This document shows, piece after piece, positions 53,913-64,000 of a stretch of DNA of 64,000 nt. Location: contig CM075999.1 of NCBI GenBank assembly GCA_038087875.1, positions 3,164,001 to 3,228,000 of the forward strand, written 5' to 3'. Made by a program: the position numbers and the translations under genes. The notes below the pieces were generated by a model. It had not been told where the DNA came from and searched no databases. It was given only the letters and a program-made list of their open reading frames with translations. The first letter of the stretch is position 1. Each line of letters opens with the position of its first letter. Origin of the DNA: Malacoraja senta (Eukaryota).

Positions 53913-54182
53913 ATGGAAACATTGCATCCCCTCCCATCTCTCTACCCCCTTCCTTCTCCCTCATCCCCTAGTCTCGTCCCTTTACACCCCCACCCCCCCC
54001 CCTCCTCTACCTCTCTCCTCATCCCCACTCCTCCTCCATGGACGGATAGGGTGGGGGAAGGCAGGCGGGAGGGAGTGAGAGAGAGGGAGAGGGAGGGAGA
54101 GGGAGGGAGGGAGAGGGCAACAATGACACAATGAAACATAAACAAGGAGCCAGCGCGTCCGGTGGCCCTGGGCTGGGGAGAG

Positions 54183-54393
54183 GGAGACAGAGAGAGAGAG
54201 AGACAGAGAGGGAGACAGAGAGGGAGACAGAGAGGGAGACAGAGGGGGAGACAGAGGGGGAGACAGAGAGGGAGACAGAGAGGGAGACAGAGAGGGAGAC
54301 AGAGAGGGAGACAGAGAGGGAGACAGAGAGGGAGACAGAGAGGGAGACAGAGAGGGAGACAGAGAGGGAGACAGAGAGGGAGACAGAGAGAGA
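54183..54393. repeat. 12-bp minisatellite (GAGACAGAGAGG)n
   Basis: About 15 tandem copies. Confidence 0.95.
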
Positions 54394-54711
54394 CCCGGCC
54401 CCACACTGGACACATCACACCAGACATGGAAATCCCGCGCTGGATACATTGCATTGGATACAATGCATCGATACATTGGGGTCAATACATTGAATACAAA
54501 GCAATGGATACAGTGCACTGGATACAATGCAGTGGCCACACGGCGCACGGAAGACGACACTACCCCCCTCCCCCCCTCCATCCCTCCCTCCCTCACTCTC
54601 TCCTTCCTCTATCCCTCCTCCCTCTCTCCTTCCTCTATCCCTCCTCCCTCCTCTCCTGTCTCCACCCCGGGCTGCTCACTCCCCAGCGCCGCGGGGCAAG
54701 CGGGTACTTAC

Positions 54712-54900
54712 CGGCGGCAGCGAGAGGCTGTGGTCCGGTCCGGTCCGGTGTCCGGTGTACAGTCTCTCCCCCCCCACCCCCCCAGTGTAGACTCCCCTGC
54801 TCCAGTCTCCGGGCTTTAGATTTCACTCAGTTTCCGCCATGTTTGCAGCCTGCGCAGTGAGGGCAGGGGAGGGAGGGAGGGAGGGAGGGAGGGAGAGAGA
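54712..54900 (-). promoter_or_regulatory. scmh1: Probable scmh1 first (non-coding) exon and core promoter
   Basis: CpG-rich island, consensus donor CCG|gtaagt at 54711, YY1-type motif AACATGGCGG (54834-54843) and an adjacent TGCGCA (54851-54856). The TSS position is approximate. Confidence 0.65.
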
Positions 54901-55536
54901 GAGAGAGACCCTCATCATACTGCTGCCACTCCTCACTACAAAGCCTGACACCACACGACCCCTACTGATGGAAGCCGGCACTGGCAGCGGCGCTCTGGGT
55001 CACCCCCAGCGGCCCCTGCCTCCCTGCCTCCCTCCCTGCCCACACACACACACACACACTCTCTCTTCAAAGGCCCTTCCACCCACTGCCAGCCTAGTAA
55101 ACGTTTGGCACAGTCACCAGCTGGACCAGTGTGGGCAAGCTGGGCCGAAGGGCCTGTGGCCACGCTGTATCACGCTATCACCCGTCTCTGTGACACAGAC
55201 AGAAATCTTCAGAGGAACTTCTTGAGTCTGAAGACCCGAAAAGTCACCCATTCCCTCTCTCCACAGATGCTGCCTGGCCCGCCTAAGTGACTCCAGCATT
55301 TTGTGTCTTATCTTCGGTGTCAACCAGCATCTGCAGTTCCTTCCGACACAACTTCCAGAACAAACCTTCCATGGGTCCCCCCCCCCCCATCCCCCCATCT
55401 CTTATCTTTCTGTCTGTGAAGAAGGGTCTCGACCCAAAACGTCACCTATCCCTGTTCTCTGGATACTGCATTTCGTTGTCTTTGTACTGTACACTGCACA
55501 ATGACAATAAAGTTGAATCTGAATCTGAATCTGAAT

Positions 55537-56040
55537 TCTCCACAGATGCTGCCTGACCTGCTGAGTTACTCCAGCACTCTGTGAAACGTCACCTATCCAT
55601 GTTCTCCACAGATGCTGCCTGACCCGCTGAGTTACTCCAGCACTCTGTGAAACGTCACCTATCCATGTTCTCCACAGATGCTGCCTGACCCGCTGAGTTA
55701 CTCCAGCACTCTGTGAAACGTCACCTATCCATGTTCTCCACAGATGCTGCCTGACCCGCTGAGTTACTCCAGCACTCTGTGAAACGTCACCTATCCATGT
55801 TCCGGCAGCATCTATGGAGCGAAGGAAATAGGCAATGTTTCGGCCCGAAACCCTTCCGGGTTTCGGCCCGAAACGTTGCCTATTTCCTTCAGGGTTTCAG
55901 CCCGAAAGGTTGCCCATTTCCTTCGCTCCACAGATGCTGCCTGACCCGCTGAGTTACTCCAGCACTCTGTGAAACGTCACCTATCCATGTTCTCCACAGA
56001 TGCTGCCTGTCCCGCTGAGTTACTCCAGCACTCTGTGTCC
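55537..56040. repeat. 66-bp tandem array with an embedded palindromic Penelope-terminus cassette
   Basis: Units start at 55561, 55627, 55693 and 55759; the cassette spans 55801-55935. Confidence 0.9.
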
Positions 56041-56073
56041 TTTTGGTTCAAAGTCAGGATTATTCTATCATAG

Positions 56074-57428
56074 AAGGTTGGACATTTCGATGGTTATGAA
56101 AGATATTCAAGACCGAACAGTTACTCCAGAACTCTGTGTCCATCTTATGATAAATAAGGAGGCTTGTTGCTCAACCTCCTTGGCCTATCTCAAAATGCTT
56201 GACAATCAATGATGTCTTTGCAGTCCACCCAAGAGATAAAAACAAGTATAGTACAGATCCTACATTCAACGATGAATTATTGTATCAGTATGGCCACAAT
56301 GGGCAGCACGGTGACACAGCGGTAGAGTTGCTGCCTCACAGCGCCAGAGGCCCGGTTTGATCCTGAATATGGATGCTGTCTGTATGAAGTTTGTACGTTC
56401 TCCCTGTGACTGCGTGGGTTTTCTCCGGGTGCTCTGGTTTCCTCCCACACTCCAAAGACATACAGGTTTGTAGGTTAAATGTGTAGGAAGGAACTGCAGA
56501 TGCTGGTTTAAACAGAAGATAAACACAAAAACCTGGAGCAGCTTAGTGGGTCAGACAGCATCTCTGGAGAAAAGGATTAGCTGACCCTTCTTCAGATTCC
56601 TTCAAACTTCAGGTTTGTAGGTTAATTGCCTTCTGTAAATTGTCCCTAGTGTGTGTCGGATAGAACTAGTGTACGGGTGATTGTTGGTCGGCATGGACTC
56701 AGTGGGCCGAAGGGCCTGTTTCCACGGTGTATCTCTGAATGAAACCACTGGGTGGGATGTCATCCGGTACATGGCACCAATGAACCACACTGACATTCAA
56801 AGAACTTCCTCATTAAAATTCAACTCAAAACGGACAGAGGTGGAGAGACAACTTTCAGTGGCAACTCAATCAGGGATGATCCCGCTCAACCTCCGAGTCC
56901 CATTTTGCTCGTACAACCATACAATGTGGTAAAGTGCATACTAAATATTTTATCAGGGGACAATTAAAATCAATGAGCCCTCACCAGCTGTTGGCAAATA
57001 TGCTCTAAAATGTACAATTTCAGTTCTTAAACAGCACTTTTCCTCAAAGACAATAAAGAGGAAACCGGAGCACCCGGAGAAAATCCACGCAGCCACAGGG
57101 AGAACATACAAACACCCTACAGACAGCATCCATAGTCAGGATAGAACCAGGCCTCTGTCACTGTGAGGCAGCAACTCTACCGCTGTGCCACCGTACTGCC
57201 CATTGTGGCCATACTGATACAATAATTCAGCGTTGAATGTAGGATCTGTACTATACTGGTTTTTAACTCTTGGGTGGACTGCAAAGACATCATTGATTGT
57301 CAAGCATTTTGAGATAGGCCAAGGAGGTTGAGCAACAAGCCTCCTTATTTATCATAAGAATGACACAGAGTTCTGGAGTAACTGTTCGGTCTTGAATATC
57401 TTTCACAACCATCGAAATGTCCAACCTT
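56074..57428. repeat. Inverted duplication, ~370-bp arms (56074-56444 and 57058-57428)
   Basis: By-eye reverse-complement match, including about 225 bp of non-SINE sequence. Confidence 0.92.
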
Positions 57429-58006
57429 GAATTGCTCATCAGCTAGGTATGGCCAGTTATTTATTTCCATACATCCTTGTTATAGTCATGGGTCAAGAGT
57501 GTTTTATTGTCATAAGTAATAGGAGCAGAATTAGGCCATTCGGCCCATTCAATCATGGCTATCTCACCCTCCTAATCCCATTCTCCTGCCTTCTCCCCAT
57601 AATCCCTGACACCCGTACTAATCAAAAATCTATCTCCGCCTTAAAAATATCCATTGACGTCCTCCACAGCCTGCTGCAGCAATGAAATCCACAGATTCAC
57701 CACCCACTGACTGAAGGGCTGAGAGGGAGAGATAGATCAGCCATGATTGAATGGCAGAGTAGCCTAATTCTGCTCCTATCACTTATGACCCTTATGAGAT
57801 CCCCGCGATGGTGGGGAGGTGAGTACCTGTGATGGACCGGGCAGTGTCCACCACTCCATGTAATATCATTCATTCCTGGCCGTTTGAGTTGGTGAACTAG
57901 GCCTGACAAAACCATTCAGTGTGCCCTCCATCGCACACTTGTGGAAGGTCGATGGAGAACTGGGTGACATCAGCAATCTCCTTCTAAGGAAGGATCGTTT
58001 GTCTTT

Positions 58007-58023
58007 ATATATGTATATGTATA

Positions 58024-58119
<96 letters not shown>

Positions 58120-58326
58120 TAAATGTATGTGTGTGTTTATATATTTATATGTGTGTGTGTTTATCAATTTATATGTGTGTGTGTGTTTATATATTTACAT
58201 GTGTGTGTATACAGTATATGGGTGTGTATATATATATATATATACTGTATATATACATGTGTGTGTGTGTTTATAAATGTATATGTGTGTGTGTGTTTAT
58301 ATATTTACATGTGTGTGTATACAGTA

Positions 58327-58358
<32 letters not shown>

Positions 58359-58384
58359 CTGTATATATACATGTGTGTGTATGT
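58007..58384. repeat. (GT)n / (TA)n compound microsatellite
   Basis: Seen directly. Confidence 0.95.
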
Positions 58385-58685
58385 TTTTCTTGTTTATCAT
58401 ATTGTTTACAGTGTACTATGTTTACATATTGTGTTGTGCTGCAGCAAGTTAGAAAGTCATTGTTCTATCTGGGACCCACGACAATAAAACACTCTTGATG
58501 AAGTAGAGGCATTGATGAGCTTTCTATGGATTTTCTACAGACTCAAGTCTCATGAAGATGTGTGAGCAGTGACTGGACCTCGAGTGGTGTGGAGAGGGCA
58601 AGACCCTTGTAGTCGTTACCAGACAGTTTGGAGGTCTTTTTTCTATTCATTCAAGCGATGATCAAGGAATCTATAGTAACCTGTA

Positions 58686-58995
58686 CTTCTTCTTCTTCTG
58701 TCGTGTGTCTTTTAGACCGGCAGCTCCGTTGAGGCGAGCCAGGCCAACGTGTCATCATCCAGGTCAATCAGACCTTGTTCACCATTCGGTGGCCGGTGTT
58801 TGGGGCAACTGGTGACGATGTGTGGGCTCCACTGTCTGTGTTGGGTCCCCACACTCGCAGGAGGCTCTCGCTGTCCACGAGGCCCCACCTCTTCATCGCT
58901 ACTCCATAGCGTCCGATGCCTGTCCTCAAGTGGTTGAGGGTTGTCCACTGCTTTCGGGGCAGGTCCTGGCCAGGGACGTCCATGGGGTCATCGAT
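58686..58995 (-). mobile_element. Vingi/Ingi-like LINE 3' end
   Basis: PGQDLPRKQWTTLNHLRTGIGRY...MKRWGL...HIVTSCPKHRPPNGEQGLIDLDDDTLAWLASTELPV*, then gacacacgaca(gaa)n. Confidence 0.68.
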
Positions 58996-59510
58996 GTAAT
59001 GGTGTAGCCTGATGAGAGATCCCCAACTGAAACGTCGCCTATTGATGTTTTTCCAGAGACGCTGCCTGATCCGCTGAGTTACTCCAGCATTTTCTTTGTA
59101 AACCAGCATCTGCAGTTCCTTGTATGTACATGCATAGTAAGCCGCTGGGCACCATTTCACACAGAGGCCAATGGCTATATGCAACAAGCTGCCAGAGGAG
59201 GTAATCGAGGCAGATACAATAACAACATCTGTTGGACATTTGGACGGGTACATAGATATGGACAGGTTTTGAGGAATATGGGCCAAACACAGGGAGATGG
59301 GACTAGCTTAGATGGGACATCTTGGTTGGCATGGATGATTTGCGTTGTAGGGCCTGCTTCCCTCAAATCAAAGAGGCATACAGTGTGAAAACTGTCCCTC
59401 TGGCCCAACTTGCCCACATGCCCCATCTACACTAGTCCCACTTGCCTGCACTTGGCCCATATCCTAAACCTGTCCTTTCCATGTACCTGTCTAATTGCTT
59501 TGTAAAAGTT

Positions 59511-60063
59511 GCGGTGTACAGTTTTGGTCTCCTAATTTGAGGAAGGACATCCTTGTGATTGAGGCAGTGCAGCGTAGGTTCACGAGATTGATCCCTGGGA
59601 TGGCGGGACTGTCATATGAGGAAAGATTGAAAAGACTTGGCTTGTATTCACTGGAGTTTAGAAGGATGTGGGGGGATCTTATAGAAACATATAACATTAT
59701 AAAAGGACTGGACAAGCTAGATGCAGGAAAAATGTTCCCAATGTTGGGCGAGTCCAGAACCAGGGGCCACAGTCTTAGAATAAAGGGGAGGTCATTTAAG
59801 ACTGAGGTGAGAAAAAATGTTTTCACCCAGAGAGTTGTGAATTTATGGAATTCCCTGCCACAGAGGGCAGTGGAGGCCAAATCACTGGATGGATTTAAGA
59901 GAGAGTTAGATAGAGCTCTAGGGGCTAGTGGAGTCAAGGGATATGGGGAGAAGGCAGGCACGGGTTATTGATAGGGGACGATCAGCCATGATCACAATGA
60001 ATGGCGGTGCTGACTCGAAGGGCCGAATGGCCTCCTCCTGCACCTATTTTCTATGTTTCTATG
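59511..60063 (+). mobile_element. CR1 LINE 3' fragment
   Basis: ORF 59495-59971. Confidence 0.92.
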
Positions 60064-61189
60064 ATACCTGCCTCAACGTTCCATACACCCACCACCGTCT
60101 GTGTGGAGACATTGTACGATGTTTAATGCCTCGTTGTGCCTGACACTTTATTGATTGAATTGAAAGATACTGGAGGCCGAGTCAGTGGGTAAGCCATTTA
60201 GAACGGAGACGAGGAAACACTTTTTCTCACAGAGAGTGGTGAGTCTGTGGAATTCTCTGCCTCAGAGGGCGGTGGAGGCCGGTTCATTGGATACTTTCAA
60301 GAGAGAGCTAGATAGGGCTCTTAAAGATAGCGGAGTCAGGGGATATGGGGAGAAGGCAGGAACGGGGTACTGATTGGGGATGATCAGCCATGATCACATT
60401 GAATGGCGGTGCTGGCTCGAAGGGCCGAATGGCCTACTCCTGAAGTAATTGTCTATTGTCTATTGGATATTTTTAAGGAGGGGATGGATAGATTCTTGAT
60501 TAGTACGGGTGTCAGCCGTTATGGGGAGAAGGCGGGAGAATGGGGTTGGGAGGGAGAGGTAGATCAGCCATGATTGAATGGTGGAGTAGACTTGATGGGC
60601 CGAATGGCCTAATTCTACTTTTATGACCTTATGACCATATGAATGCTGTTACAGGAAACGCAGATGAGCCGCTGATAACAACGTAATTGAAACTGTGATA
60701 AGTCAGCCAAGCATTGAGCACATATTTGATCACACACTGCAAGAAAGGCATACAAACCAAACTACAATGACCCTCCCTGAAAATAAAATTAACATGTTTG
60801 AAACACATTTTACGGGAATTACAGGGAGCTTAATCTAAGAGTTGATCTGATGATTTTTTTTTTCCCTTAATACAACCTAATTAAGTTTCCTCCTAAATTT
60901 TCTTCCTATGACACAGTCTCCATGGAAACCAGAAATCCTGGCCGGAATCTGCTTGGATTATAATTGGAGAAACCGCACAGCAGAACAAAGCAGATGCCAG
61001 TGATCTTATTTCACTTCAATTAACCAGATTAAATAAACCACCAAATCGGTTTACCAATCCACATAATGAAAGGTTTAGTAGGCGGCCGATTTTCAGCATA
61101 GTACTCACCACTTAATCATTAGATTCTGTGAGGAACACAGTGTGTTGAGTAACTCAGCGGGCCAGGCAACTGAACCATCTTAATTTCAT

Positions 61190-61671
61190 CAGGTCATAAG
61201 TGATAGGAGCAGAATTAGGCCATTCGGCCCAGTAAGTCTACTCCGCCATTCAATCATGGCTGATCTGTCTCTCCCTCTTAACTCCATTCTCCTGCCTCCC
61301 CCCCATAACCCCTGACACCCGTACTAATCAAGAATCTATCTATCTCTGCCTTAAAAAATATCCATTGACTTGGCCTCCACAGCCTCTGGGGCAAAGAATA
61401 CCACAGATTCACCACCCTCTGACTAAAGAAATTCCTCCTCATCTCCTTCTTAAAGAAATGTCCTTTAATTCTGAGGCTGTGACCTCTGGTCCTAGACTCT
61501 CCCACTAGTGGAAACATCCTCTCCACATCCACTCTATCCGGGCCATTCACCATTCTCTATGTTTAAATGAGGTCCCCCCTCATCCTTCCAAACTCCAGTG
61601 AGTACAGGCCCAGTGCCGTCAAACGCTCATCATATGTTAACCCACTCATTCCTGGGATCATTCTTGTAAAC
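61190..61671 (-). mobile_element. CR1 LINE 3' fragment (third subfamily)
   Basis: ORF 61278-61553. Confidence 0.85.
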
Positions 61672-63386
61672 CACCTGACCTGCCTGCGTTTGGCCCATAT
61701 CCCTCTAAACCCGTCCTATCCATGTACCTGTCCAAATGTTTCTTAAACATTGCAATAATCTCTGCCTCAACTACCTCTTCCGGCAGCCTCAGAGTTACCC
61801 CAGTCTTTTGTGTCTATCTTTGGTGCTGTCAGTAGTTGAAATCTCGACAAAAAAAGAAATTGCTGACTAATGACAAAGTGCTACCTTATTTGTACAATCT
61901 TGCTTTATTAATGCTTACCCAGGGAAGTGGGAATATGAATTATGCACTGATGCATTATTCAAGAAACATTGATAGAATATACGACGAATGTGCAGGACAA
62001 ATCTTTGCCTTGGAGCTGTTTATGTCTGTGCTCTGTGGAATCTGTATATACATGACACCTGAGAGCCATAATGGAGGTGCCAGCAGCGGCAGAGAAATAA
62101 GCGCTAGATAACCTTCGGTGGTAGTCAAAAAAGCTGGAGAAACTCAGCGCGTGAGGCAGCATCAATGGAGCGAAGGAATGGCAATTAACCTTCTATCGTT
62201 TAGTTTAAGTTTTTAGTTTTAGAGACATAGCACGGAAACAGGCTGGGTCCTCGCCGACCACCAATTCCCCACAGATTAACACTATCCTACACACACTAGG
62301 GGCAATTTTTACATTTACCAAGCCAATTTGTCTGTTGAATTCTCTGCCTCAGTGGTGGAGGCAGGTTCTCTGGATGCTTTCAAGAGAGAGCTAGATAGGG
62401 CTCTTAAAAATAGCGGAGTCAGGGGATATGGGGAGAAGGCAGGAACGGGGTACTGATTGGGGATGATCAGCCACGATCACATTGAATGGTGGTGCTGGCT
62501 GGAAGGGCCGAATGGCCTACTCCTGCACCTATTGTCTGTTGTCTATTGTCTATTTACCTTTGGAGTGTGGGAGGAGACCGAAGATCTCGCAGAAAACCCA
62601 CGCAGGTCACGGGGAGAAGGTACAAACTTTGTACAGACAGCACCCGTAGTCGGGATTGAACCTGGGTCTGCGGTGCTGTGGGGTAGAGACTCTACCCACT
62701 GCGCCACCGTGCTCGCTTTCTCTGTAGCTGGCACGCTGAAGAAATTATTTTATATTTCAAATCCATGTAAAGCACGGTAGCTTAGTACAGAGATACAACG
62801 TGGAAACAGGCCCTCCGTGTCCACGCCAACCACCAATCACCCCTTCACACTAGTTCTACGTTATCCCACTCTCTCGTCCGCTCCCTACACACTAGGGGGC
62901 AATTTACAGAGGGGCCGATTAACCCACAAACCCGCACGTCTTTGGGATGTGGGATGAAACCGGAGCGCGCAGTCACAGGGAGTTCTAGCGACTGTAGAAA
63001 CATAGAGGTGTAGATCATAGAGTATAGAAGAGTACAGCACAGGAACAGGCCTTTCGGCCCACAACGCCTGTGCTGTACGTGATGCCAAGATACACTGATC
63101 TCATGTGCCTGCAGATAATTCATATCCCTCCATTCCCTGCATATCCATGCACCTATCCAAAAGTCTCTTAAACATTGTATCTGGCACCCCTGGCATCGCG
63201 TTCCAGGCACCCATCGCCCTCTGTGTAAAAAAACATGTCCCGCACATCTCCTTTAAACTTTGTCCAGAAACAGGCCCTTCAGCCCATCTTCTCCATGCTG
63301 GCCAGGTTAGCATACCAGGCCAGTCCCACCTGCCTGCATTTGGCCCATACCCCTCTTAACCTATGCCATCATTGTACCTGTTTAAA

Positions 63387-63473
63387 GGGGATGATGACAG
63401 AAGCCTCCTCGTGGTGTTCCCAGGAACCGACGGCGCGATGAACTCTGTGACGCGTCGGGCGACAATTCTGTCA
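63387..63473 (+). ncRNA. Candidate HDV-like (CPEB3-type) self-cleaving ribozyme
   Basis: Nested double pseudoknot read by eye: P1 GGGGAU(G)/GUUCCCA, P2 UGACAGAA/UUCUGUCA, P3 GCC/GGU, L3 UCCUCGU, P1.1 CC/GG, P4 CCGACG/CGUCGG, J4/2 G-CGACAA. Confidence 0.72.
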
Positions 63474-63536
63474 ACATGTTGGACGACGACAGAAGCCGAC
63501 GGCGAGCTACACATCGTCTGACACACGAGCGAACAA
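63387..63536 (+). mobile_element. 150-bp non-autonomous retroposon: ribozyme head plus Vingi-like 3' tail
   Basis: The 11-bp TSD reads acctgtttaaa (63376-63386) and acctgtataaa (63537-63547). It is inserted into a CR1-type tail fragment that resumes (tgtt) after the right TSD. Confidence 0.72.
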
Positions 63537-63551
63537 ACCTGTATAAATGTT

Positions 63552-64000
63552 GCAATAGACAATAGACAATAGGTGCAGGAGGAGGCCATTCGGCCCTTCG
63601 AGCCAGCACCGCCATTCAATATGATCATGGCTGATCATCCCAATCAGTACCCCGTTCCTGCCTTCTCCCCCATATCCCCTGACTCCGCTATTTTTAAGAG
63701 CCCTATCTAGCTCTCTCTTGAAAGCATCCAGAGAACCAGCCTCCACCGCCCTCTGAGGCAGAGAATTCCACAGACTCACCACTCTCTGTGAGAAAAAGTG
63801 TTTCCTCATCTCCGTTCTAATTGGCTTACTCCTTATTCTTAAACTGTGGCCCCTGGTTCTGGACTCCCCCAACATCGGGAACATGTTTCTGCCTCTAGTG
63901 TGTCCAAGCCCTTAACAATCTATATGTTTCAATGAGATCGCCACTCATCCTTCTAAATTCCAGAATGTACAAGCCCAGCTGCTCCATTCTCTCAGCATAT
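63552..64000 (-). mobile_element. CR1 LINE 3' end, truncated by the window edge
   Basis: Near-identical to 814-1260. Confidence 0.92.

Noticed and set aside
55537..55800. 66-bp arrays as a CRISPR array or as intact hammerhead multimers
   Set aside because: The units are head-to-tail with no unique spacers, the context is eukaryotic, and the unit lacks the CUGANGA box.
63378..63538. Apparent minus-strand exon with an ag acceptor, a gt donor and open frames
   Set aside because: Both splice-like sites come from the duplicated target site (acctg = CAG|GT). There is no recognisable protein, and the retroposon insertion explains the segment better.

Overview
Repeat-dense vertebrate genomic DNA, most likely from a skate or ray. 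This is inferred from the HE1-like V-SINEs, the CR1/HER1-like LINEs and the Penelope-like repeats. The only host gene I can support is the 5' half of a Polycomb gene, scmh1 (Scm homolog 1), on the minus strand. It has a GC-rich first exon and promoter near 54.7-54.9 kb, probable 5' exons at 52.2-52.5 kb and 42.0-42.1 kb, and four MBT-domain exons (29909-29979, 23265-23499, 12296-12383, 10527-10770). As assembled, the 12296-12383 exon is 1 nt short and breaks the reading frame. The introns hold a structurally complete but coding-degenerate DIRS1-like tyrosine-recombinase retrotransposon (2643-7780), many CR1, Rex1/Babar, L2 and Vingi-like LINE fragments, Harbinger- and hAT-type MITEs, Penelope-like fragments carrying minimal hammerhead-ribozyme motifs, and long microsatellites. 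The most notable observation is a 150-bp insertion at 63387-63536 flanked by an 11-bp target-site duplication. It begins exactly at the predicted cleavage site of an HDV/CPEB3-like ribozyme fold and ends in a Vingi-like LINE 3' tail, so it looks like a ribozyme-headed non-autonomous retroposon. Most entries in the supplied ORF track are repeat-derived or spurious. Comparisons to known sequences are from memory, and no searches or folding programs were run.
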